DNA from: a virus
Taxonomy: Duplodnaviria; Caudoviricetes
DNA: 41,192 nucleotides
Strand: one strand, 5' to 3'
IMG/VR virus record: IMGVR_UViG_3300011116_000486
Coordinates: 1-41,192 of that record
Below the pieces are notes generated by a model. It ran no database searches. It was not told the origin of the DNA and worked only from the letters and a program-made list of their open reading frames with translations. Below are positions 25,934 through 34,830 of this stretch, in pieces (the stretch's first letter is position 1; the number at the start of each line of letters is the position of its first letter). Position numbers and translations under genes: made by a program.

Positions 25934-27769
25934 ATGCCCAAGACCGAAGTGACGATCACCGAGATTGCCGAGTTTGAGCCGACACGTGTTGACGGCGTTG
26001 GCAAGGGTGCCAATGGCTTCCCTATCCTCATGCTCAAGGCGATTGGTGACGAGAAGATCACCGAGACTGAAACCACGCTTGACGAAGTGCTCACCGAGAT
26101 GGACAAGGCCGAAGGCGCCAAGTGCGAGACGTGTGACGGCAGTGGCAAGATCATGGAAGGACACCGTGAGTGTCCTGACTGCAAGGGCAGTGGCAAGGCA
26201 AGCGAAGCAACTAAGGCCGAATCATTCAAGTGTGAAACCTGCCGTGACACCGGCAAGGCGTTTGGCAAGACCTGTCCTGATTGTGAAGGCAAGTCCGCCG
26301 ACGAAGCCACCAAGGCCGAGTCGTTCAAGTGCGAGACGTGCCGTGACACTGGCAAGGCGTTCGGCAAGGTGTGTCCTGACTGCGAAGGCAAGTCTGCCGA
26401 CGAAGGTGAAGCGACCAAGGAAGCCGGTGTTGCTCCAAGTGGTTCGGGTCCGACGCCAGCCAAGCACTGTCCGACCTGCAAGGGCGACGGCATCATTCGT
26501 GACAACACCAAGAGCGGCAAGCCATGCGTTGACTGTGGTGGTACAGGTATGGACGAAGCACGCACCAATGCTGTAGAACTAAATGCTGTGGACGCTCCGA
26601 CAGGCAAGATCACCGTGGGTGATGCTGCAGGGCGTGAACGTATTGACAAAGCCGATGGTTCATTTGCCGGTGCGAATCCTTCCAACATGGTTGCCGCATC
26701 TGACGCAGATGTGAACAAGCCCGGCTCGCCTGCATGGGAAATGATTGACGCACAGACTGCTACGCAAGCAGCCATGGCACTCATGGCAGCGGCCGAACTG
26801 ATTCGCAAGTTCGCAGACCGTGAACAACAAGAAGTTGCCGCAGGTATGGGCAGCGACATGTTTGACGCTGGTGCTGCGACCGCTGCGTTACAAGGTGTTT
26901 CACAGGCACTTGGCATCATGGCGCAACTAGCGTTCCATGAGGGAGTGGAAGCACAGAAGGGCACCGTTGAAAAGGCAGGGCGTCGTCTTGCGAGTCGTGC
27001 AGTTGCGGCACTCGCTACGGCACGTGACCATCTCAACGAAATACTGGGCGATGACGACCCTGCAAAGCAAACCGAAGATGAGCAAGATGGTGGCGAGTCA
27101 GCCGCCAGCAAGTTCATCGAAACCGCCAACAAGGCAATGAATGGGAAGGACGTACTAGACATGACTGCAGACGAACTGCAAGCACTCGTCGTGGCTACTG
27201 TCGCAGAAGCCGTCGTGGCAGCCGATGCTGTCAAGGCCGAAGCGAAGAAGGGCAAGGACAAGTACAAGTCAGACGACAAGATGTCAGACGACAAAATGTC
27301 TGACGACGAAATGTCTGACGATGATGATGACGAGGACGACGATGAGGACAAGGCCGAGAAGGCCGAAGCCCCATTGACCGAGGCCGAACTTGAGGCACAG
27401 GCTGCAGCCAAGGCTGCACGCAAGGAATACAAGGCCGCAAAGAAAGCCGCAAAGCAAGCCGCCGATCAGGCGACGTTGACCAAGAGCATCGAAGATGCAC
27501 TCGCAAAGGTTGCACAGGAGAACGACGTTCTCAAAGCAACGGTTGAGTCATTGACCGAGAACTTGGAAGCCGTCAAGAAGATGGCAGCGCCAAGCGACAT
27601 CGTGCGGATTCGTCCGCAGGATGCGTTGAACAAGAGTGCCGAGCGTGACGTCTTGGACTTGGAAATCTCCAAGTACGAGAACCTCGCAAAGACCACTCAA
27701 GAACCTGAGTTGCGTCGGGGCTACAACGACCGTATCAAGTCGTTGCGTGCTCAGATGGCCGCTCTCTAA
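25934..27769 (+). CDS. capsid scaffolding protein with DnaJ-type CxxCxGxG Zn-finger repeats
   Basis: position between protease and capsid; eight CxxC motifs; acidic and coiled-coil C-terminus. Confidence 0.7.
   Translation: MPKTEVTITEIAEFEPTRVDGVGKGANGFPILMLKAIGDEKITETETTLDEVLTEMDKAEGAKCETCDGSGKIMEGHRECPDCKGSGKASEATKAESFKCETCRDTGKAFGKTCPDCEGKSADEATKAESFKCETCRDTGKAFGKVCPDCEGKSADEGEATKEAGVAPSGSGPTPAKHCPTCKGDGIIRDNTKSGKPCVDCGGTGMDEARTNAVELNAVDAPTGKITVGDAAGRERIDKADGSFAGANPSNMVAASDADVNKPGSPAWEMIDAQTATQAAMALMAAAELIRKFADREQQEVAAGMGSDMFDAGAATAALQGVSQALGIMAQLAFHEGVEAQKGTVEKAGRRLASRAVAALATARDHLNEILGDDDPAKQTEDEQDGGESAASKFIETANKAMNGKDVLDMTADELQALVVATVAEAVVAADAVKAEAKKGKDKYKSDDKMSDDKMSDDEMSDDDDDEDDDEDKAEKAEAPLTEAELEAQAAAKAARKEYKAAKKAAKQAADQATLTKSIEDALAKVAQENDVLKATVESLTENLEAVKKMAAPSDIVRIRPQDALNKSAERDVLDLEISKYENLAKTTQEPELRRGYNDRIKSLRAQMAAL
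26204..26401 (+). repeat. 99-bp (33-aa) tandem duplication in scaffold gene
   Basis: EATKAESFKCETCRDTGKAFGK(T/V)CPDCEGKSAD twice; nucleotide differences almost all synonymous. Confidence 0.9.
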
Positions 27770-27783
27770 CCCAAGGAGCAGGA

Positions 27784-29508
27784 ATGGCATACGCACTTCC
27801 ACCTGCGAAGCAACTTTTCTCTGACGCCGAGTCCCCTAAGGAACTTGTCGAAAAGCGTGAGGAGTTCATCGCAGAAATGACCAAGGCAACGGTCGCCGGT
27901 CTTACCGGAGAAACCACGTGGGGAACCCCTGACCCGAACATGCTCGGTTCAGCAATCCCACCAGTTGCCACCAGCCAAGCCAAGCGTGGCGCTGCAGTCA
28001 AGGCACTTGAGGAGTTCCAGATGGCCAAGTCGGCCGAAGGTGCTCCGCAAGCATGGGAACGCATGTCGAAGGAATGGACACTCTCCAACCCTATTTCGAC
28101 TGGTTTGCTCCCTTACGACCTTGAGGCACCAGCCAAGTTACTGACGCCTCGTCCTACGCCGATTCGCAACTCAATCCCTCGTATCAAGGGTCAGGGTGGC
28201 GCACGTCGGTTCAAGGTCATCAGCGGCTTCACCGGCACCGGCACTGGCGGCATTGCCACCACGCAGCCCGGCATCAACGAGTCAACCACGAACGCTGGCC
28301 CCGGTGGCTTGTCGTACGTGCGTGGACCATACATCCAGTACGCCGGTTACGACGTGACGTTGAACTACGTCACCACGTCACTGTCGGACTCCGTTTCGTG
28401 GCAGGCCGAGTACCAAGGTCAAGGCTTTGAGGACGTTCGTTCGCTCTCCAACACCGCCTTGCTGTACTCCACCATGCTGCTTGACGAGCGCCTGATGATC
28501 TACGGACGTGGAACGACTGGCAACGGCTACGCCGGTGCACTCACTGCACCTGCAGCCATCACCTTGTCTGCCGTCTCGGCTTCCGTTAGCCCGAACAGCA
28601 CTTCGTCGCTCGCTTCGGCAACCTACTGGGTTGTTGTTGCTGCCGACGCTGGTGACCTTCTCGGCACCAACGGCACCACGATGCACCAAGGCCCGGCATC
28701 GTCCGCAGCCTCAGTCACCGTGACCGCTGGTCAGTCCATCAAGGTCAACATCGGCACTGACGTCGCTGGCGCACTTGGCTACAACTTGTTCGTCGGTTCC
28801 GTTGCTGCAGGACCATTCATCTACTCAGGTCGCACCGGTTACAACACCGGCTACATCAACAGCGCACCTGCGAGTGGCCCATACACCGCAGCCGGTGCTG
28901 CAGACCAGTCTGCAGTTGCCAACAACTACGACGGTCTGTTGACCAACACCGCCGCTTCCGGTGGCTACGTCAACCGTCTGAACGCTCCGTTCTCAACCAC
29001 CAACCCCGGTGCCGAGTTCCAAGTTGCGTTCGGTTCGCTGTACGAGTCAGTCAAGGGTGACCCTGAGGAAATCTGGTTGAACGGCTTTGACCGTCTCCAG
29101 TTGTCCAACGCCATCGTCAACAACGCCGCCAACTCGGCCTACCGCGTGTTCATTCCGAACGAGAGCGGCATGGGCGGAGTCAAGGCCGGAACCGTCGTGC
29201 AGTCGCTTCTCAACGAAGTGACCGGCTCGGAAGTTCCGTTGACCGTGCACCCTTGGTTCCCACAGGGCAACGCCTTGGTGCGTCAAAAGACCCTGCCGAT
29301 TCCAGACTCCAACGTCTCGGAAACGTCAGTCATGGTGCTCCCACAAGATTACGTCGCGGTCCAGTGGCCCGTCACGCAATTCACGTACGACGCCTCAACG
29401 TTCACCATCGGAACGTTCGCTCACTACGCACCAGCGTGGAACGGACTCATCCAAGGTATTCAGGGCGTTGGCATCGGCACCACGCCGCCTTCATACGGCG
29501 ACGCGTAG
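27784..29508 (+). CDS. major capsid protein with Ser/Thr/Ala-rich insertion
   Basis: position; YDLE.PAKLL.P..TP.RN.IPR; strongly biased codons; AAGGAG SD. Confidence 0.85.
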   Translation: MAYALPPAKQLFSDAESPKELVEKREEFIAEMTKATVAGLTGETTWGTPDPNMLGSAIPPVATSQAKRGAAVKALEEFQMAKSAEGAPQAWERMSKEWTLSNPISTGLLPYDLEAPAKLLTPRPTPIRNSIPRIKGQGGARRFKVISGFTGTGTGGIATTQPGINESTTNAGPGGLSYVRGPYIQYAGYDVTLNYVTTSLSDSVSWQAEYQGQGFEDVRSLSNTALLYSTMLLDERLMIYGRGTTGNGYAGALTAPAAITLSAVSASVSPNSTSSLASATYWVVVAADAGDLLGTNGTTMHQGPASSAASVTVTAGQSIKVNIGTDVAGALGYNLFVGSVAAGPFIYSGRTGYNTGYINSAPASGPYTAAGAADQSAVANNYDGLLTNTAASGGYVNRLNAPFSTTNPGAEFQVAFGSLYESVKGDPEEIWLNGFDRLQLSNAIVNNAANSAYRVFIPNESGMGGVKAGTVVQSLLNEVTGSEVPLTVHPWFPQGNALVRQKTLPIPDSNVSETSVMVLPQDYVAVQWPVTQFTYDASTFTIGTFAHYAPAWNGLIQGIQGVGIGTTPPSYGDA

Positions 29509-29521
29509 TCCAGCAATCCCT

Positions 29522-29644
29522 CAGTGCTTCGGCACTGCACCCGGCCCGGTCGGAATGGGGCTTGCTTGCTTCGGCAGGCAAGCCCCAACCGGGAGCCACT
29601 GGCCAATCGGTCAGTGGTGGTGGTTCGACTCCACCGCTGGCGTG
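29522..29644 (+). ncRNA. tRNA-like structured RNA lacking an anticodon loop
   Basis: T-arm GGTGG-TTCGACT-CCACC stacked on a closing stem; two cUUCGg hairpins; 9-bp third arm. Confidence 0.65.
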
Positions 29645-29718
29645 CTCTCAGTAGCCTCTACAATGCTCTGTAAGGCTCGCAAAACAAGTTTGAGTAGTAG
29701 TAGACCAAAGGAGCCAAG

Positions 29719-30042
29719 ATGGCAGATACCGCAGGCACCAGAATTGTCACCAAGACACTTGCAGCCAACACCGTTGACCTTGTGTACTTGAGTTCGCCCG
29801 GTATGGCCATTCAGGTCACGAACCAAACTGGCACCGCACCAATCTGGTTCACCGTGTCGCATCCCGGTGGCAATGCCACTGCGCCAACTGTGGGTGGCGC
29901 TGCGTGCTTCGGCGTCGCATCAGTTGCCGGTCAGTCAACAAGCGTTCGCCATGACGGCATGTACGGCAGCATCGTGCAACTGATCAGTGCAGGCACGCCG
30001 ACCTACACGGTCACCGTGAACAGCAAGCAGGTCAACATCTGA
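29719..30042 (+). CDS. probable virion protein (beta-rich, head decoration-like)
   Basis: AAGGAG SD; follows capsid; T/V/G-rich. Confidence 0.7.
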   Translation: MADTAGTRIVTKTLAANTVDLVYLSSPGMAIQVTNQTGTAPIWFTVSHPGGNATAPTVGGAACFGVASVAGQSTSVRHDGMYGSIVQLISAGTPTYTVTVNSKQVNI

Positions 30043-30302
30043 TGGCACGCATGTTCTTCTCAAGTCAGAACTGCAAGGGCGTCACAAGTGGCGCAACTGG
30101 TCGTTCGTACGACACGGACAAGAGCGGCTTCATCAACGTGACCGACCCACGTGACGTCAAGGCATTACAAGAAGGCGGCTACGTGCTCGCTGGTGGTATG
30201 CCGAAGTTGAGCAAGTTCTACGTGTGTGAGTGCGGCTGGGAAGCCAGCATCAGGTCATGCCCAAAGTGTGAGCGCACCGATCTCACACTGGTTGAACGCT
30301 AG
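30042..30302 (+). CDS. hypothetical protein with C-terminal Zn ribbon
   Basis: TGATG overlap; CECG...CPKC. Confidence 0.75.
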   Translation: MARMFFSSQNCKGVTSGATGRSYDTDKSGFINVTDPRDVKALQEGGYVLAGGMPKLSKFYVCECGWEASIRSCPKCERTDLTLVER

Positions 30303-30525
30303 GCGCACAACTCTCGCAGCCATCGCACTTGATAGGCGACACGCTTTCGTACTCTCGTGCGACGTCAATGTTGCCGCACTCCATGCAGAAGTAAACCTGC
30401 GTCGTGCTAAGTTCACGCATTGTGAAACTGCCGTGCTCATAGGTGCGTGAGCGACTCCACCCAACAGCACTGTTGCACTCCGTGCACGTTGGCTCGTCTG
30501 GCTTCGGATAGATGTAGTGGTTCAT
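30283..30525 (-). CDS. Cys-rich hypothetical protein (cassette 3)
   Basis: ATGA overlap, GAGG SD; several CxxC. Confidence 0.7.
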   Translation of the reverse strand: MNHYIYPKPDEPTCTECNSAVGWSRSRTYEHGSFTMRELSTTQVYFCMECGNIDVAREYESVSPIKCDGCESCAPSVQPV

Positions 30526-30785
30526 GCCGGTTGCCTCTCTATGATTGCTGCGCTAGTTGACTTGCAAAGCGTGGTGATGGTCATGTGGTCGTACAACCAC
30601 CTGTCGCCTTCGCTGGTGGACACTTCGGCACGGACGATAACTACGTCGCCTTCACGTGCGCCGTGCAGACCCTTGACCTGTCGCATCCGGTAGACGTTTC
30701 CATCGTTGGTAGTGAAGCGCACGAACCAACCGTTCGTGTCTTTGTACACGTACCGAACCGTGCCTGTGTAAGTTTGCTTGTTCAT
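30522..30785 (-). CDS. OB-fold-like hypothetical protein (cassette 3)
   Basis: ATGA overlap, GAGG SD; YTGTV...EGDVVIVRA. Confidence 0.7.
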   Translation of the reverse strand: MNKQTYTGTVRYVYKDTNGWFVRFTTNDGNVYRMRQVKGLHGAREGDVVIVRAEVSTSEGDRWLYDHMTITTLCKSTSAAIIERQPA

Positions 30786-31234
30786 GCCTGTGCCTCTGCT
30801 TCCGTTTGTCCGAACTCTGCGAGCAACGCTTCGTAGTCCTGCTCCACTTCACTGATGCGGTTGGCTTCGGCTTCGTTGCCTGCAGCCTTGGCCGCACGGC
30901 GAGCGTCCATTGCTGCGTACTCTGCGTTCACAATCGCATCTTTGTGCGCCAAGTAGAACGCTTCACGCTTGCGCCTTTCAGCGTGCTGGGGCTCGCCTTC
31001 CTCAAACTCGGCAATTTTGGCAAGAACTTCATCGCACTTGTGAAAGTTCGTCTTGACGTAGAAGCGTTGGTTGCTGCGACCGTAGGAGATGTTCACGGGA
31101 TAACGCTTACCGGTGCGGTTGCTGGTCACCCACACAATGTCGCCCGGGCAGTTCTTGCATTTACGGATTGGAAGTGCGCCGTCTTGAGCGTTAGCGCCAC
31201 CTGATGCGTATTGGGTTGGTTGGTTGTTTGTCAT
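30782..31234 (-). CDS. Zn-binding hypothetical protein (cassette 3, leaderless)
   Basis: CKNC..DI.W....TGK.YP...H.C; ATG 6 nt after -10. Confidence 0.8.
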   Translation of the reverse strand: MTNNQPTQYASGGANAQDGALPIRKCKNCPGDIVWVTSNRTGKRYPVNISYGRSNQRFYVKTNFHKCDEVLAKIAEFEEGEPQHAERRKREAFYLAHKDAIVNAEYAAMDARRAAKAAGNEAEANRISEVEQDYEALLAEFGQTEAEAQA

Positions 31235-31240
31235 GTACCT

Positions 31241-31269
31241 AGTTTGGCACTTGTGAACTGAGTTGTCAA
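31241..31269 (-). promoter_or_regulatory. leaderless promoter with operator-like element (cassette 3)
   Basis: TTGACA-ACTCAGTTCAC..(N17)-CAAACT-N6-ATG. Confidence 0.8.
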
Positions 31270-31279
31270 GCCACCAACG

Positions 31280-31308
31280 TAGACCAACAAGTTGCATCCT
31301 GTTAGATT
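31280..31308 (+). promoter_or_regulatory. rightward promoter for glycosyltransferase cluster
   Basis: TAGACC-N17-TAGATT with TG extension. Confidence 0.55.
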
Positions 31309-31342
31309 GCGTGAAGTCCACGCACCGAACATAGGAGTGCAC

Positions 31343-32446
31343 TTGAAGGTTGCTTTCTTTACGACCGACTGGCAGCAAACACCAATGCCAGATGGACAAG
31401 TGCAAATGTCCTATGGCGGCACGTTCTTTTATCGTGGCGCATTGCCTGCAGCCGAACTCAATAACCACGGCTACGAAACGATTGTGTCGTGGCGATTCCA
31501 ACCGGCACCCGATGGACACTTGCGTGTCATGGACGTCAACGGTGAGTGGCACGACCCTGACGTGTTCTGGTCGCAACGCTGGATGCACCAAGATGCACCA
31601 GAGCAAATGCGTCGTGCACGTGCAGCCGGGCAGATTGTCATTGCCGATCTAGACGATGACTTCTGGTCGCTTGGCAAGACGAACGTGGCGTTCCACACGA
31701 CTGACCCGAAGAACAATCCTGAGTTCAATCGTGAGCACTACAAGGCGATGCTGCAAGAGTGCGATGCCGTCACGGTGTCCACCGAAGCACTACGCAGGCG
31801 TGTCGAATCGTTCGGCGTTCCTGCCATCGTGGTGCGCAACGCTATTGACATTCAGATGTGGCCACAGAACGACCCGACCACTGACGGCATGATTGGTTGG
31901 ATTGGTGGCATCCAGTGGCGAGCACACGACTTGGAAATCTTGCGACCATCGTTGCCGCAGTTCTTGCGTGACTACAACTTGCCGGTGTACCACGGTGGCG
32001 ACAGTCAGGTTGCTGGCGTGCCCAAGTTCCACGAGAAGGTCGGCATTGACCTTGCGCATACCAAAGTCGGCATGGCACCGCTTGTGCCAATGAACCAGTA
32101 CCAAACCTTGTGGGCGCCTATCAACATCTCGCTCATCCCATTGGAGCGTGTGCCGTTCAACGATGCCAAGTCGTGGCTAAAGCAACTTGAGTCATGTGCA
32201 TCCGGTGTGCCATACATCGTGTCGGCTGGATTCCACGAACAAGACTTGCTACTTGCCGAGACGGCTGGTCGAAGCGCACGGAACGAGAAGCCTGCCGAGT
32301 GGCGTGCTCATCTTAGAGAACTGCTAGACCCTACGGTGCGAGCAATCGAAGGTGCAGCCAACCGACTTATCGCAGAGAAGCACGACATTCGCAATCGGTG
32401 GGTTGATTGGGATGCCGCCTATCAACAGGTGATCGCAGCACGATGA
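31343..32446 (+). CDS. glycosyltransferase, GT-B fold (GT4-like)
   Basis: DLDDD.W, CDAVTVST..L, IGW.G, PL....FN.AKS.LK.LE..A.G.P; AGGAG SD before TTG. Confidence 0.85.
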   Translation: MKVAFFTTDWQQTPMPDGQVQMSYGGTFFYRGALPAAELNNHGYETIVSWRFQPAPDGHLRVMDVNGEWHDPDVFWSQRWMHQDAPEQMRRARAAGQIVIADLDDDFWSLGKTNVAFHTTDPKNNPEFNREHYKAMLQECDAVTVSTEALRRRVESFGVPAIVVRNAIDIQMWPQNDPTTDGMIGWIGGIQWRAHDLEILRPSLPQFLRDYNLPVYHGGDSQVAGVPKFHEKVGIDLAHTKVGMAPLVPMNQYQTLWAPINISLIPLERVPFNDAKSWLKQLESCASGVPYIVSAGFHEQDLLLAETAGRSARNEKPAEWRAHLRELLDPTVRAIEGAANRLIAEKHDIRNRWVDWDAAYQQVIAAR

Positions 32447-33234
32447 AAGCGGCTATTGGCATCGTCACGTACAACCGGCCAGAGTTTGCCGAGAAGTGCA
32501 CCAAAGCGATAGCGGCGAAATTGCCCGGTGTCGTTGAAGGTGTCTACATGTACAATGATGGCAGTGACTCGCTACACAACGGCGCATACGAGCGTGCGTA
32601 CCGACCACTCAAGCCAATGGACGCCACCATCGTCAAGGCAAGCACGAATCGTGGTGTGGCCTACGCCAAGAACCGGCTCCTTGAGATGATGCTTGAGGAC
32701 ACGAACGCCGACTACCTGTTCCTGATCGAAGATGACATTCGCATCTTGAATCCTCGCTGCATCCGCACCTACATGAGAGTTGCAGATGAGCACGGACTGC
32801 ACCACTTGTCATTCGCTCATCATGGGCCGGGCAACATCGGCGGTCCGGTTGCAGTTGATGGCGAAGTCGCCTACTACCAGCACAGCATTGGTGCGTTCAC
32901 CATGTTCAGTCGTGAGTGCCTCATCGGCGCTGGTCTGTTTGACGAAAACCTGTACAACGCTTGGGAACACGTTGAGCACGAACTGCGCTTGATGCAACTT
33001 GGCTACATGCCGGGTTGCTCGGCTGGTCGCTACCCTGATGTGCTCGGCAGCGAGCATTGGCTACGAGAGTTGCCGAACGCTATTGAGCGAAGCAGCATCA
33101 GACCAAGACCGGATTGGGATGCCAACATTCGTCAAGGGTTGCGCTACTGGCGTGACGCTAAGCCGGAGACGTACGACATTCTGTTCGGTTCCGGCACGGC
33201 GCTTGAGCAATACGCCTTGCATCTCATTGGCTAG
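32443..33234 (+). CDS. glycosyltransferase family 2
   Basis: IVTYNRP, NDGS, N.GVA.AKN, FLIEDD, GLFDE. Confidence 0.85.
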   Translation: MKAAIGIVTYNRPEFAEKCTKAIAAKLPGVVEGVYMYNDGSDSLHNGAYERAYRPLKPMDATIVKASTNRGVAYAKNRLLEMMLEDTNADYLFLIEDDIRILNPRCIRTYMRVADEHGLHHLSFAHHGPGNIGGPVAVDGEVAYYQHSIGAFTMFSRECLIGAGLFDENLYNAWEHVEHELRLMQLGYMPGCSAGRYPDVLGSEHWLRELPNAIERSSIRPRPDWDANIRQGLRYWRDAKPETYDILFGSGTALEQYALHLIG

Positions 33235-33242
33235 GAGTCATC

Positions 33243-33560
33243 ATGGCATCTGACGAACTACTAGAACCGGCTCTAGCGACGTTCTTGTTTCAAGTCATTG
33301 ACGAGTACACCGACGCTGGCTACTTGCCGATTGGCTACGGTTGGCATGGTGCGCACCTACTCACGCACGCAGGCGCATCGGTCATCGCCATTGTTGATGA
33401 TGACACAGCCGACGTGCTCACAGAGATTGCGCAACCGATCTGTCTGGTCGTGCTTGAAGCGCACCGACACAACGAGATTGTGACGATGGTCAAAGAAATG
33501 CGACAACACAACAAAGACGTGTTCGTGCGCTGGTTCCCCACGAAAGAAGTGACGCAATGA
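33243..33560 (+). CDS. hypothetical protein
   Basis: AGGAG SD, ATGA coupling. Confidence 0.65.
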   Translation: MASDELLEPALATFLFQVIDEYTDAGYLPIGYGWHGAHLLTHAGASVIAIVDDDTADVLTEIAQPICLVVLEAHRHNEIVTMVKEMRQHNKDVFVRWFPTKEVTQ

Positions 33561-34213
33561 AAACAGCACTTGTCGTAATCACTGACGGCCGACCGTACTT
33601 GGCCGAGACAATCGCATCGCTTGAGAAATACCTGCATGGTCACTTCGCCATTCGCATCATCGTTGATGACAGTGGTGACCCTGCCTACGGAGACATGCTT
33701 CACGACACCTACAGCCCGGAGTACGTGGTGTTGAGCCACGGTACACGGCATGGACTTGCACAGGCAGTTCGCACAGCATGGTTCGCAGCCGTTGCTGCCG
33801 GTGCGAACTACATCTGGCACGCCGAAGATGACATGGTGTACACACAGCATGTGTACATCTCCGAGATGCAGGAAGTCTTGCAAGAGAATCCGACCTTGGC
33901 GCAACTGTCGCTCAAGCGTGGTGCTGTCAATGACTACGAGGCTGCAGCCGGTGGCTTCATGGAGACACACATCAACGACTTCACCGACCAAGACGGCTAC
34001 GTGTCGCATCGCACGCTGTTCACGTTCAACCCTTGCCTCATTCCGATTGACGCTGCCTATCTGTGCTTGGCGGCGCAACATGACGGACTTGAGCGTGGCG
34101 TCACCGACACGTTGCTTGCACATGGCTGGCACTTTGGCGTGCTCGGTAGCAAGGCCGATGCACCAATGGTTGACCACATTGGTCACACACGAAGTCAGGG
34201 CTGGAAAGTATGA
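33557..34213 (+). CDS. glycosyltransferase (GT-A fold)
   Basis: TDGR..L..TI.S, IVDDS, WHAEDD, FT.NP, HIG..RS. Confidence 0.8.
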   Translation: MKTALVVITDGRPYLAETIASLEKYLHGHFAIRIIVDDSGDPAYGDMLHDTYSPEYVVLSHGTRHGLAQAVRTAWFAAVAAGANYIWHAEDDMVYTQHVYISEMQEVLQENPTLAQLSLKRGAVNDYEAAAGGFMETHINDFTDQDGYVSHRTLFTFNPCLIPIDAAYLCLAAQHDGLERGVTDTLLAHGWHFGVLGSKADAPMVDHIGHTRSQGWKV

Positions 34214-34830
34214 CCGACTACAACGATGACTTCTATTCGCAGATCACTGATGCGAGCGTGTCTGCAGCCAACGTGGTCGTGCCGTGGGTGCTACAACACA
34301 CGAAGGCGTACAAAGTCATTGACGTTGGCTGTGGTACCGCAGCATGGGCGGCAACTGCACAGGCGCTTGGTTGTGACGTCAAAGGCGTGGATGCACACGT
34401 GCCAGAGGAACGACTGTTCATCCTGCCCGAACAGTTTGAGCGCATGGACTTGAGCGAAGGCGTTGACTGCACCGGCTACGACCTAGCGATGACGTTGGAA
34501 GTCGCAGAGCATCTACCGGAGAGTGCCGCAGCAAAGTTTGTCGCCGGTCTGTGCAAGGCCAAATACGTGCTGTGGTCGGCTGCCATACCCGGCCAAGGCG
34601 GACTGCACCACATCAACGAGCAATGGACAACGTGGTGGGCAGAGCACTTCGCAGACAACGGCTACGCAGGTTCGTGTGACATTCGATGGGCGCATTGGGA
34701 CGACCGGCGTGTGGCTGGTTACTACCGGCAGAACCTTGTGGTGTGGGCACGGCCAGATGACTTGCGAGCAATGAACATGAGCATCGGCGTCTCTGACGAC
34801 GTGCATCCGGATAGGGCGCTTGGCCTATGA
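34210..34830 (+). CDS. class I SAM-dependent methyltransferase (glycan-type)
   Basis: VIDVGCG, LEVAEHL, SAAIPGQGG.HHINEQ. Confidence 0.9.
   Translation: MTDYNDDFYSQITDASVSAANVVVPWVLQHTKAYKVIDVGCGTAAWAATAQALGCDVKGVDAHVPEERLFILPEQFERMDLSEGVDCTGYDLAMTLEVAEHLPESAAAKFVAGLCKAKYVLWSAAIPGQGGLHHINEQWTTWWAEHFADNGYAGSCDIRWAHWDDRRVAGYYRQNLVVWARPDDLRAMNMSIGVSDDVHPDRALGL

Noticed and set aside
27262-27350. SDDKM / poly-Asp repeats in scaffold
   Set aside because: Ordinary low-complexity acidic linker
25927-27432. 501-aa minus-strand ORF (and similar long antisense ORFs at 20972-21790, 5327-6106, 33335-34186)
   Set aside because: Shadow frames of biased plus-strand genes; no SD or recognisable motifs
29538-29644. 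Canonical tRNA or tRNA-Sec call
   Set aside because: No 7-nt anticodon loop, oversized D-arm, no CCA; kept only as tRNA-like
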